From Paraspadella gotoi (taxonomy: Eukaryota > Animalia > Chaetognatha), in assembly GCA_051294375.1 (NCBI GenBank), contig CM119271.1, positions 11,400,841-11,464,840 on the forward strand: a DNA stretch of 64,000 nt, read 5' to 3'. Made by a program: the position numbers and the translations under genes. How positions within the stretch are numbered: the first letter of the stretch is position 1; each line of letters opens with the position of its first letter. Shown piece after piece: positions 12,749 to 25,879 of the stretch. The notes beneath the pieces were generated by a model that ran no database searches, was not told where the DNA came from, and saw only the letters and a list, made by a program, of their open reading frames with translations.

Positions 12749-15534
12749 TCAATTAAGGAGTTTAATAATGTTATCGTCAATCAAAGCTTCGAAGACGTTC
12801 GACGCCAGCAAAATGATGAAGACGACGACGATGATGGGCAACGTGTAGTTGGAGAGACAACCAGCCATCAAGCGATGCCACAGCTGAACAGTTTTGGATA
12901 ACGGAATACATATAAGTTTTTTTTTCCGATAATTTATACAAACAATGCGATCGACTTGTTATATATTCTGGCGACGGCGTGAACGATTACAGTCTATTGA
13001 TTAAAAAAGGAAAAAAAAAAGAAAAGAAGATAGCAACGCTCGGCTCTGAGATTTTGTTAAATATTTCACGAAAAAAAAATAATTATATTAACGACGGATT
13101 GTGAAAATATAACCATTTGCCATTTTCGAGTTAACGCATCGTCGCGTCATATTTCGGCTTTGTAAAAAGTGGGGGGGCTATCTTGATATCATTTCTGTAA
13201 ACATATATGTAAACATATATGTAAACATATATGTAAATCGTAGTCGTTCCTTTTCATTCTTCTCATTATGATTATGTCAGCTAAAAAAAAACCATTTCAT
13301 CTATTCTCCTACTACTACTCATGGTAATTATTATACACAAGTCCCTACGAAGTTAAAAATTAAACTTAAAAATGTAAAAAAAAAAAAAAACAACATTATT
13401 AAATTCCAAATCCTCACCATCGAGGCTTTGTCGCCGGCGTCTTCCAAATTGACGCAAGTAAGAATAATTAATGGCACCAAAACCAAGAAAATGGCGAAGA
13501 ATCCGATTCCGTGAAGAGTTATCACCACGATCGTCATCCAGGGATTGTCCAATTTTTGATTGTCTGATAAAGTTGATTAAAGAGAATATGAATAACCGTC
13601 GCGAGAGGTTTATTTATTATCTGTAATATTAATTATATTAATTGTATCATCGCTGTATCGAGCCATCAAACGCGAATCGGATCGGAGACGATCTCCGCGG
13701 AAATGGAATCGCCGAATCCTGATTGGTCAAGCGTGGAACCGGAATCGACCAATCAGCTTGCAGAATCGTCGGAACTGTAAAATCTACCCACGTCGCCGAT
13801 CCTCTCTCTTGGATATGAATAGACCTAGCTTGTTTTAGTTTCAGTAGAATTTATCAAGACTCCTGCGCGTGTCTCACCGTCACCTTTTTTCTCAAAGTTA
13901 TATTTCAGTTATCAATAACATTAGCAAAAGTTGCGAATGGCTGAAATGTAATATACGCCAAACGAAAGAACTACTTTATAATGCAGAAGTAACTGAGAAA
14001 GATTGTCAAAATACAAACTGTATCTAATAATAATGACAGGGAAACCAAACGGGATTTATTTCAGTGTGGTGTTTTGTTTTTTATTGTGTTTTCGGTGACT
14101 CACCCAGCGTGACCACGAAATAAATAGTCGCTATCATTTTGGCCAGAATGAGGAGCCAACTTAAAAGGATGATGATGGCCAACCATTGGCCGTGACGGTT
14201 GAGGTTGAACACTGACAAAACGGAAAGAACAAAATATTACACATAAAGTTGAAAAAATTAAAAAAAGATTTAAGTTAAAACGCTATTTCTGTTCACAGAC
14301 TTCTGTGCGAACATACTACAAAATATTTTTAGAGACAGAATAATTGTTAGAGTTCGACGAGTTAATGATGCAAAACTAAAATTCACATCGGCACGTCCCA
14401 ATCAACTGCTCGGCGAATCATTGGCTTAGGAAGATAATCATTTTGCTTCCTTCTAATTTAATCACCGAACTTAATAATCCTCACAACCTCACCCATAAAA
14501 TATCCTCACCCGGTTCGTAGTCCTCCTGACAGGGCTGCACGATTCTCGCGTTACGCGGCGGGTCAGCCGCGACGGTGTCCTGATAGTCGCCGTCCCACTT
14601 GACCAGCTCGCGCTCCGCGGCGCCTTTGCGTTTGACGAAGGTGTTGCCGCGTATCGTGCACACTTGCTCCACCTTGGGGCTTTGTTGGGGGTTGAGGGGG
14701 GGGGGTGGACGAATAATCTGGTCAGATTTTCTGCGTTGTATCACTGTACTGCACTTGTCTTTCGCCAGTCAAAAAAGCTGTCGTTTTACGAAAGCCTCCA
14801 TCGAGTCTACAGGTCGGATAATATCTCTTGATCTTTCTTGGCTTATTAATTAACTTCAACAGGGTTGTAGTATTTTCGCTACCTGCGGGACGATATTGTA
14901 TTATCGACTCTGGAGAAAAGTGCTAGATTGTTAACAACAACAACAACAACAACAACTTTTGAAACGTAGTATCCAAATTATCAACTGCTGACATCAACTG
15001 CTCGAGAGTTACTGTCAACTTCATTACTAAACCAGTTATGGAAATCATTAAAGTCATACCACGACCCTCGGTGATGCCCTGCGATGCCTGGCGATGCCCC
15101 GTTATGCCCTGTGATGCCCTGCGATGCCCGACGGTTCCCCGCCATACCTTACAATGCCCCTGTTATGCCGTGCGATGCCCTGCGATGCCTCGTAATTCTT
15201 CGCGGTACCCTGCCATGGACAGCGGCATCCTGCCATGGCATATGCCACATGCCCTTCAAAGCCCCACCTTTCATCCACGAGAGAGTTGACGTTCTTCCCA
15301 AATTTCCCTCCGGCGCCGATATCCGCCACCCGGTTTCCGCCTTTGCCTTTCCGGCCCACGGCGACGCTCTTCGTTCCGGCGCCCGGCGCCGCGTTGACGT
15401 TGACGTTGCTGTTGGCGTTGGCGTTGATGGCATTGGCGTTGGCGTTGATGGCGTTGGAGTCGGCGTTGGCGTTGTCTTTGTTGACGTTAGTGTTGGTGTT
15501 GACGACGTCTTCCGGTACCGAATGGGAAAAAAAG

Positions 15535-15610
<76 letters not shown>

Positions 15611-16572
15611 AGGAGAGCTCATATATTCACTTCCCCACTCTGTGAGAATCCTTTGCTTTCTCCTTTCTTCCCAACCTTTTCCTTTGCTCCCTCTCCTCTT
15701 CTTCCTCCTCCTCCTCCTCCTTCCCTTTCTCCCCCCTTCCTCCTCTTCTTCCTCCCATCCTCTTCCTCCTCCTCCTTTCCTTTCTCCCCCCTTCCTCCTC
15801 TTCTTCCTCCCATTCTCTTCCCCCCCACCAACTCCCCAACCTTCCACTGAATCAACTTCTTCGCTTTTCTTCGTCCCTTTTGTTTCGCCAACGCTCGCGC
15901 CCTCTGCCTCCTCGGGTCCGACTGACAAAAAAAAGGCCATCAATGCTGATCAATACTGAAATTTTAATATCACAATTTGTGATAATAAAATATCACAATA
16001 TCACAATTTGCGATATTAAAATTTCTATGAATGAGTATTTTTAATATACTTTTAGGAATGAATTAGACGAGATAAGATAAGGTAAGATAAGATAAGATAA
16101 GATAAGATAAGATAAGATAAGATAAGATAAGATAAGATAAGATAAGATAAGATAAGATAAGATAAGAAATAAGTTTTAAATTCAATTAGACTACTTTCAG
16201 TTAATCTGACCTCAAAAAATATATAGTTGACTGAATATATTCGTAAAAATTTTCATCGAGCATAAAAGATCAATTCAAGCTCCTGAACCTCACCTCTTTG
16301 TCGCCCTTACCTGCCTCCGCCGCCTCAGCCGCAGCCGACGCAGCCACCGCCGCCCCCTCATCGCTCCCCTCCGCCGCGACGCCATCGTCTCCTTCCGTCG
16401 CCTCCTCTACTTCCGGTACAACGACGACGATAGACACGTCATCCGATTGGTCGGAAGAAATTGAGAGTCCGCTAATCGCGTCGCGAGGCGGAATAGATTC
16501 CGACGAATTCGCGACGTCACAAACGGCGTCCTCGGGATCCTCTCCGCCAATCCGGAGGCGAGATTCGCTCAT
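12749..16572 (-). CDS. Hypothetical 344-aa protein: acidic N-terminus, Asn/Ala-rich low-complexity region, two C-terminal TM helices; 6 exons
   Basis: Exons 16572-16311, 15921-15841, 15508-15268, 14679-14510, 13563-13418 and 12883-12749. All introns are GT-AG with phases 1,1,2,1,0, giving one open frame of 1035 nt from ATG to TGA. TM-like segments: WMTIVVITLHGIGFFAIFLVLVPLIILTCV and YTLPIIVVVFIILLASNVFEALI. Confidence 0.75.
15068..15205. repeat. Degenerate 10-11-bp tandem repeat (gcgatgccct), intronic
   Basis: Repeated gatgccc/tatgcc units; mirrored at ~26215-26340. Confidence 0.75.
16070..16167. repeat. (GATAA)n pentanucleotide microsatellite
   Basis: Near-perfect run; mirrored at ~25272-25360. 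Confidence 0.95.
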
Positions 16573-17347
16573 CTTTCTTTTTTTTTTTCTGTTGAAAGTT
16601 GTTTTTTTTTATTCTTTATTAAAATAATGGATAAGAATTTCTTTTTATAAGTATAGTTAACTGGTAAAGTGACTTTCTTATCGATCTCCCGATGGATAAT
16701 TCTATTAACGACGTTAACAGCAAAGGCTCATCCTGGGCGGTAAGCGTCTAGTTAGACATTGTTCCACTTTTGAGTAAGTCATGAAATTTAATTTACCGGT
16801 TTGATTTCGCACCGAGAATTTTTCAATCATAAAAGTAAGTTTCTATGTCAACTTCTTTCTCTCTCTCTCTCTATTATCAAAATAACAAACATTGTAAATG
16901 CATCCTTATGGCATGATGAACAGAATTTTACCAAGCTATACGAGAGGCGAATTTAGGATTCGCCACATCCTTTTCTTTTTTTTTCCTGATGTAATAAAAG
17001 TGAATATATAAACAAGACGTACGTACGTTTAAATTAATAAAAACTCAAATCTGTAACTATTAAAAGTCATTATAAATCATTATAAATAAAAAATCAAATA
17101 TGAATTAAGCATCGTAGGTAAACTGAATTTTCTTTATCACGTAAAAAATTCCAAAGCAGATGACAAAATCAGAACGGCGGGAGAGAAGCTTTGAAACTTA
17201 AAACAAATTACATCCAACACTGAAACCAAAATTACCATGAACTCGGCATTTACATACATAATTTCCGATGACAAAGCTTTTTCCTTTCTCTCATTCCAAC
17301 TCTTATTTTAATTTTCTTTCCGACGCTATTTCTTTTTTTCGTTCAAA

Positions 17348-18872
17348 ATGGCCGACATTCCACATGCTCTAATAATTTCCGTGGCTCTCAACGTCTTCGA
17401 CATCGTCACTGACGCCCAAACGACCATCCAATTCTCCCGTCACACTTTCAAGGTCGTGAATTTCATCGCCGGCGGAATGGGAATCGTCATGGCGACGCAT
17501 TGGATCGTTTCCGGCGTCGTTTCTTGGCGTCGCCTGAAGACCAAAGCGGCGCTCTATCCTCGATTGACCCGCAACGCGCGGCGTCGAATCGCAACGGCGC
17601 TTTGCAGTATTCTCAGTCTGAGCAACGTCGCATTCACGATCGACCAGCACCTTGACGAACGACAACGCCTCTCGACGTCCGCGGAAAAGGCGCTCTTCGT
17701 GAAACGTCTCGATCTACTCCACCTGCTGCTGGAATCGTTTCCCCAATTGCTCGTCCAATCGACGGCGTTGATTCTCTCGTGGACGAGCGGAACGACGGAG
17801 CAATGCTTCTTCGGCGATCGAGACATGCAATATACGTCGATGAAGTCGCAAGTCGATCCCACTTTTCAATTCTATCGAATCTCCACGAACCGAACGTTGG
17901 TTAAATCCAAGGAGCCTTGCGACTGTTACTACGTCGCTTCGAAGAGATTAAGTTCGATGATATTGTGCAGATGGGGGATCAAGAATCACGTGACCATCGT
18001 CTCTTTCGCTTTGTCCACGGTCGCTTTGGCCATGACGGCGTCCAAGTTGCGAGCCGCTTCGGCGAGAATGAGCTTCACCGTTATGTTGGGAGCGATACAG
18101 GTTAACGGGTTGGATGGGTAGTTATTTGTTATTTGTTGTTTTGTCATGTTTTGCCGAAAGCCAATTTGAAAAAAAAATTTGGTAAAAAAAATGTTCAAAT
18201 TTTAGCTAAGAAATGCCCTGTTATTCTATACATTATACATTATCCCTATACAAAGTTACAAACTTTCTTTAGGGCGTGATTGGTGAGTGCCTTTACCTCT
18301 ACTTGGTTTTCGTTCACGCGCTCAAGATCTCACTCTGGATAATTAGTCTCACTCCCCTCGTTCTGCTTCGAATCTTCACGGTCGTCGAGTTGAAGGACCT
18401 CCTCCGCCTCGCGATGGGTCACCGACCATCTCTTCCGCATTCCACCACCTCCTTCGCCGGATCCTCTTTCGCTTTAACCTGGACAATTTTAGTGGCGGCC
18501 TTCTTCTTCAACATCGACCATCAAGCGGCCATTTCCGATCATTTTCCCTGGAAGGGCCCGTCATGGGGTTTGGGAAAATTCAAGTACGATACGAGCGCGA
18601 GAGTTAAAGTTCGTCGATTCGCCTTCTTGCAGCATTGCGTCGAGACTGGAGGCGTCATCGACGAAACCCGATGGACCGACATTCGTATCGGGACGATAGG
18701 GCCGTGCGGGGATCGCGTCACGAACAACGTCGAAAAGGTCTTCAAGGTGGGAAATTATAAAATTTTGGATCCGAGTTTCAAAACGGTATTGTCGTTTTGT
18801 TTGCTCGATCTCGGCCTGCGAATCGTTGTACAGGCGATGGCTGCATATTTTTTGAAGAGAAAAAAATTGTGA
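17348..18872 (+). CDS. XK-related (Xkr/CED-8 family) multi-pass membrane protein, divergent; may extend to ~19400-19570 across homopolymer frameshifts
   Basis: Exons 17348-18100 and 18273-18872 (phase 0, GT-AG). LLESFPQLLVQ matches the XK-family ESxPQLxLQ signature, and there are several hydrophobic helices. Coding-like ORFs 18797-19153 and 19029-19409 continue downstream. Confidence 0.65.
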
Positions 18873-20361
18873 GGAAGTTAATTCAATTCCTTTTCGCCGC
18901 GTTGCCTTCCGTGGCGATTTGTGAGCCGTACATTTCGATGCACGATGGCTCACGAGGCCGTTTACGACGGCATCGGTCCACGAGACCTCTGCGATATCAT
19001 TCAGCTCCCAGGTTGAAATGCGGTTCCTTTGACGAAACCGCAGAAAAACTTTTTAACGATCCAAAGAGGCGCAATATCAAAGCTTTCTTCCTCTGGTTCA
19101 TTTTGCTATTCGCTGGCTTTCGTTTCGCGACAGTGTGGTTGTTTTTTTCCTAGAGGCGCATCGATCGCTTCAAAATTTGCCCCGAGAAAAGTACAGAAAA
19201 AGTCGTTTTTAATTTTTTGGCCTCGTGGGCGTGGGTCTACCGTGTTTGGCGTTTTTGACGCGACCTTCTGGAAGACGCTCGTCGACATTGTAAGTGGCGC
19301 CTCTTCGTTTCTTGCGACGTTTGGACCGCAGATTATCCCTCGTATCCTCATTAACATCGAATATCAACTTTTTTCATTTTTTCTTTTTTATCAAAACTTT
19401 TGTCTCTAATTTTTGGTCTTGTCTTATTCTCGCCACTTTTTTCTGTTCTTTTTTAGGCTTTTTAATCAAAGTAACGAAGGTCAAAGAAACGACTCCGTCT
19501 TTTCCCTAAAAATTGTCCTTTGGTCATTTTAATTCGCTTCGTTCTAATCTTTGGCTATTTCCACGTTTTAACAGTTAAACCAAAAAGTTAAGGATCCGCA
19601 TTACGAAAAAATGGTATCGGTACTTCTTTTGAGCAGAAGTGGCAGCGAATGCGTGTTCTATGTTTTCGGGCCAGATTCTCTCCAGACCGAAAAGAAGATT
19701 CGCCCAAGTTTTCTTATTTGAATCACATCATCAAGTCAGTGAGATGGAGCTGCGATGGTGATGATACAGTAACTGAGGCTTTTAAAGAACTTTTAACCTC
19801 CGTTATCATCGAACAAAATAAAAGTTATAACATTATATATGTGGCTCTATTCATAATGACGACAATGTGTGTTGTAATTTTATAATTAGAAAACTTTTGC
19901 ATTCCTATTTTGCGAGGGATTCGATCCGAATGTAATATTTATGTAGACGATAAGATTATAACTCGTGTGATGGCTCAAACGTGAATAATCGTTTTTGTAA
20001 AAATTCTCAAAGTTTGATTTTATTTTTGCAACGAATTTTATTATTAAAAATTCTCAAAAATTGCATTTTATCTTTGAAAAATTTTTTTTCGCATTAAACG
20101 AGATTTTAATTCACATTATCATCGTTGTTTTTTATAACAAATCTATAGACAGATTCAAGATTTAATTAAAAGCTTTTAGCTTCGTTGAAAAAATATTTTT
20201 AAGTCATTGGCAATTTTTTAACTACGTATTCGCAGGCGTTTAAGAAAGTTTTCCTCACCAAAATTTATTTCTTACTTTATTTTAGTATTTTTTTCGCTAG
20301 GATATCTGCGAGCTAAAAATATCCACCTATCTCAAGATGACAACTTTTAAAATACCAAGAT

Positions 20362-20398
<37 letters not shown>

Positions 20399-21008
20399 AT
20401 TCGTAGAGGATTTACGAGTTGCTTGAATATTGCCCGTTTGTATTGAAATATGGGCCATAAAATTATACAATATTATTATTATATTATTATATTATTATTA
20501 TTATTTATTATCTATTATTATTATTATTATATACTTCATTATTATTATTATTGATTATTATTATTATTATTATTCCTCTTCGAAATGCTTTGTAATAATT
20601 TTACAATCGCCGCGTTGATCTGCGATGTCTCTCAGCATTCTGGTTTTTGTGATCGACGTTAAAGTTACGTGAGTCGAACATTTCATTGACAGAGTTCCCT
20701 TCACAATTCAATCAATTTTTGTTTGTAATCACGAATCCGAGTCAAAGAAATCGACGTGAGAAATCAAAAGGTGTGAGATCTGGAAGATGTTTAGACGAAA
20801 GAGAGAGAGGATGAGAGAGATGAGAAGAGGAGAGAGAGAGCGAGACGAGAGAGAGAGAGTAGAGGATGGAGAGAGAGATGAGAGGTACGATGACAGGGAA
20901 AAATCAAGTGGGCGAAATGGAAATGAGAGAAGAAGAAAAAAGAAGAAAAGAAAATGTTGGAACCAAAAAGAAAGAAAAAGATGAGATGATTAGAGTTCGT
21001 CTTGACTT

Positions 21009-21070
<62 letters not shown>

Positions 21071-22532
21071 GAGAGAGAGAGTGATTATCATCTGGTATTT
21101 TAAAAGTTGTCATCTTGAGATAGGTGGATATTTTTAGCTCGCAGATATCCTAGCGAAAAAAATTACTAAAATAAAGTAAGAAATAAATTTTGGTGAGGAA
21201 AACTTTCTTTAAACGCCAGCGAATACGTAGTTAAAAAATTGCCAATGACTTAAAAATATTTTTTCAACGAAGCTAAAAGCTTTTTAATTAAATCTTGAAT
21301 CTGTCTATAGAATCTTGATTTATGTGAATTAAAATCTCGTTTATGCGAAAAAAATTTTCAAAGATAAAATGCATATTTTTGAGATTTTTAACAATAAAAT
21401 TTCGTTGCAAAATAAAATCAAACTTTGAGAATTTTTACAAAAACGATTATTCACGTTTGAGCCATCACACGAGTTATAATCTTATCGTCTACATAAATAT
21501 ACATTCGGATCGAATCCCTCGCAAAAATAGGAATGCAAAAGTTTTCTAATTATAAAATTACACCACACATTGTCGTCATTATGAATAGAGCCCACATATA
21601 TAGATTTATAACTTTTATTTTGTTCGATGTAACGCAGTTAAAAGTTCTCTAAAAGCCTCTAGTTACTGTATCGTCACCATCGGCAGCTCCACTCACTGAC
21701 TGATGATGTGATTAAATGAAGAAAACTTATGGGCCGAATCTTCTTTTCTTGGAGAGAATCTGGCCCGAAAATAGAAACGATTCTCGACTTCTCTCAAAAG
21801 TACGATACATTTTTTTCGTAATGCTGGATTCCTTAACTTTGGTTTAAACTGTTACAAACGTGAAATAGCCAAAGATAGAACGAATGCGATTAAAATGACA
21901 AACGACAATTTTAGACGAAAAGACGGAGTATTCTTTTTTGACCTTCGTTTACTTTGATTAAAAGCTAAAAAAGAAAGAAAAAAGTGGGAGAAAAAGAAAG
22001 ACAAAAAATTAGATAAAAAAGTTTTGATAAAAAAGGAAAAATGAAAAAAGTTGATATTCGATGTAATGAGGATACGAGGGATAATCTGCGGTCCAAACGT
22101 CGCAAGAAACGAAGACGGCGCCACTTAAATGTCGACGAGCGTCTCCGAAGGTCGCGTCAAAAACGCCAAACACGGTAGACCCACGCCCACGAGGCCAAAA
22201 AATAAAAACGACTTTTTGTACTTTTCTCGGGCAAATTTTGTAAGCGATCGATGCGCCTCTAGGAAAAAAAAACACACTGTGCGAACGAAAGAAGCGAATA
22301 GAAAATGAACCAGAAGAAGAAAGCTTTGATAGTTGCGACTCTTTGGATCGTAAAAGTTTTTCTGGGTTTCGTCAAAGGAACCGCATTTCAACCTGGAGCT
22401 TGAATGATATCGCAGAGGTCTCGTGGACCGATGCCGTCGTAAACGGCCTCGTGAGCCATCGTGGATCGAATGTTCGGCCTCAAAATCGCCACGGAAGGCA
22501 ACGCGGCGAAAAAAAGAATTGAATTAACTTCC

Positions 22533-24095
22533 TCAAATTTTTTTCTCTTCAAAAAAATGAGCATCGCGTAAACGATTCCGAGGCGAGATCGAGCAAACAA
22601 AACGACAATACCGTTTTGAAACTCGGATCCAAAATTTATAATTTCCCACCTTGAAGACCTTTTCGACGTTGTTCGTGACGCGATCCCGCACGGCCCTAAT
22701 CGTCCCGATACGAATATCGGTCCATCGGGTTTCGTCGATGACGCCTTCCAGTCTCGACGCAATGCTGCAAGAAGGCGAATCGACGAACTTTAACTCTCGG
22801 CGCTCGTATCGTACTTGAATTTTCCCAAACCCCATGACGGGCCCTTCAGGGACATAATGATCGAAATGGCCGCGTTGATGGTCGATGTGAAGAAAGAAGG
22901 CCGCCACTAAAATTGTCCAGTGGTTAAAGCGAAAGAGGATCCGGCGAAGGAGGGGTGGAATGCGGAGAGATGGTCGGTGACGCCATCGCGGAGGCGGAGG
23001 AGGTCCTTCAACTCGACGACCGTGAAGATCTTTCGAAGCAGAACGAGGGGAGTGAGACTAATATCCAGAGTGAGATCTTGAGCGCGTGTGTACGAAAAAC
23101 AAGTAAGGTAAAGGCACTCACCAATCACTCCCTAAAGAAAGTTTGTAACTTTGTATAGGGATAATGTAAATGTATAGAATAACAGGGCATTTCTTAGCTA
23201 AAATTTGACATTTTTTTTACCAATCATTTTTTCTTTCAAATTGGCTTTCGGACAAAACAGATCAAAACAACAAATAACAAATAACACTACCCAACCACCC
23301 GTTAACCTGTATCGCTCGCCAACATAACGGTGAGCTCATTCTCGCCGAAGCGGCGTCGCAACTTGGACGCCGTCATGGCCAAAGCGACCCGTGGACAAAG
23401 CGAAAGAGACGATGGTCACGTGATTCTTGAATCGCCCCATCTGCACAATATCATCGAACTTAATCTCTTCGAAGCGACGTAGTAACAGTCGCAAGATGCT
23501 CCTTGGATTTAACCAACGTTCGGTTCGTGGAGATTCGATAGAATTGAAAGTGGGATCGACTTGCGACTTCATCGACGTATATTGCATGTTTCGATCGCCG
23601 AAGAAGCATTGCTCCGGTCGTTCCGCTCGTCCACGAGAGAATCAACGCCGTCGATTGGACGACAGCAATTGGGAAACGATTCCAGCAGCAGCGTGGTAGT
23701 AGATCGAGACGCTTTCACGAAGAGCGCCTTTTCGCGCGGACCGTCGAGAGGCGTTGTCGTTCGTCAAGGTGCTGGTCGATCTCGTGAATGCGACGCTTGC
23801 TCAGACTGAGAATAACTGCAAAGCGCCGTCTGCGATTCGACGCCGCGCGTTGCGGGTCAATCGAGGATCTTTAGTAGGCGCGCTTTGGGTCTTCAGTGCC
23901 GACGCCAGAGAGAAACGACGCCGGAAAACGTATCCAATGCGTCGCCATGACGATTCCCATTCCGCCGGCTGATGAAATTCACGACCTTGAAAGGCTGTTG
24001 ACGTGAGAATTGGATGGTCGTCTTGGGCGTCAGAGTCGACGATGTCGAAGACGTTGAGACACGCAAATTATTAGAGCATGTGGATTGTCGCCCAT
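22533..24095 (-). pseudogene. Frameshifted inverted copy of the XK-related gene (pseudogene or assembly duplicate)
   Basis: Fragments such as MQYTSMKSQVDPT, MIGECLYL and DETRWTDIRIGTI match 17348-18872. Confidence 0.8.
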
Positions 24096-24866
24096 TTTGA
24101 ACGAAAAAAGAAGTAATAGTCCGTCTGGAAAGAAATTAAAATAGAGTTGGAATGAGAGAAAGGAAAAAGCTTTGTCATCGGGAAATTATGTATGTAAATG
24201 CCGGTTCATGTAATTTTGGTTTCAGTGTTGGATGTAATTTGTTTTTAAGTTTCAAAGCTTCTCTCCCGCGTCTGATTTTGTCATCTGCTTTGGAATTTTT
24301 TACGTGATAAAGAAAATTCATGTATTACCTACGATGCTTAATTCATATTTTGATTTTTTATTTATAATGATTATAAATGACTTTTAATAGTTACAGATTT
24401 GAGTTTTTATTAATTTAAACGTACGTACGTCTTGTTTATATATTCACTTTTATTACATCAGGAAAAAAAAAGAAAGGATGTGGCGAATCCTAAATTCGCC
24501 TCTTCGTATGCTTGGTAAAATTCTGTTCATCATGCCATAAGGATGCATTTACAATGTTTGTTATTTTTGATAATAGAGAGAGAGAGAGAAAAGAAGTTGA
24601 CATAGAAACTTACTTTTATGATTGAAAAATTCTCGGTGCGAATCAAACCGGTAAAATTAATTTCATGACTTACTCAAAAGTGGAACAATGTTAACTAGAC
24701 GCTTACCGCCCAGGATGAGCCTTTGCTGTTAACGTCTTTATAGAATTATCATCGGGAGATCGATAAGAAAGTCACTTTACCAGTTAACTATACTTATAAA
24801 AAGAAATTCTTATCCATTATTTTAATAAAGAATAAAAAAAACAACTTCAACAGAAAAAAAAAGAAG

Positions 24867-25296
24867 ATGAGCGAATCTCGCCTCCGGATTGGCGGAGAGG
24901 ATCCCGAGGACGCCGTTTGTGACGTCGCGAATTCGTCGGAATCTATTCCGCTCGCGACGCGATTAGCGGACTCTCAATTTCTTCGACCAATCGGTGACGT
25001 GTCTATCGTCGTCGTCTGTACCGAAGTAGAGGAGGCGACGGAAGGAGACGATGGCGTCGCGGCGGAGGGAGTCGGTGAGGGGCGGCGGTGGCTGGCGTCG
25101 GCTGCGGCTGAGCGGCGGAGGCAGGTTAAGGGCGACAAAGAGGTGAGGTGTTCAGGAGCTTGAATTGATCTTTTATGCTCGATGAAAATTTTTACGAATA
25201 TATTCAGTCAACTATATATTTTTTGAGGTCAGATTAACTGAAAGTAGTCTAATTGAATTTTAAAACTTATTTCTTATCTATCTTATCTTATCTTAT

Positions 25297-25338
<42 letters not shown>

Positions 25339-25803
25339 TTTATCTTACCTTATCTTATCTCGTCTAATTCATTCCTAAAAGTATATTAAAAATACTCATT
25401 CATAGAAATTGTTAATATCGCAAATTGTGATATTGTGATATTTTATTATCACAAATTGTGATATTAAATTTCAGTATTGATCAGCATTGATGGCCTTTTT
25501 TTGTCAGTCGGACCCGAGGAGCAGAGGGCGCGAGCGTTGGCGAAAAAAGGGACGAAGAAAAGCGAAGAAGTTGATTCAGTGGAAGGTTGGGGAGTTGGTG
25601 GGGGGAGAGAATGGGAGGAAGAAGAGGAGGAGGAGAAGGAAAGGAGAGGAGGAAGAGGATGGAGGAAGAAGAGGAGGAAGGGGGGAGAAAGGGAAGGAGG
25701 AGGAGGAGGAAGAAGAGGAGAGGGAGCAAAGGAAAAGGTTGGAAGAAAGGAGAAAGCAAAGGATTCTACACAGAGTGGGGAAGTGAATATATGAGCTCTC
25801 GCT

Positions 25804-25879
<76 letters not shown>

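Larger units (their letters stand above)
8511..20398 (+). repeat. Left arm of ~12-kb inverted duplication
   Basis: Reverse complement of ~21012-33014 along its whole length, with mirrored ORFs such as 16270-16572(-) and 24867-25163(+). Confidence 0.95.

Noticed and set aside
15149-15943. 264-aa Thr/Pro mucin-like ORF
   Set aside because: It reads through a GA/TC intron, and splice phases place the exon in the Asn/Ala frame.
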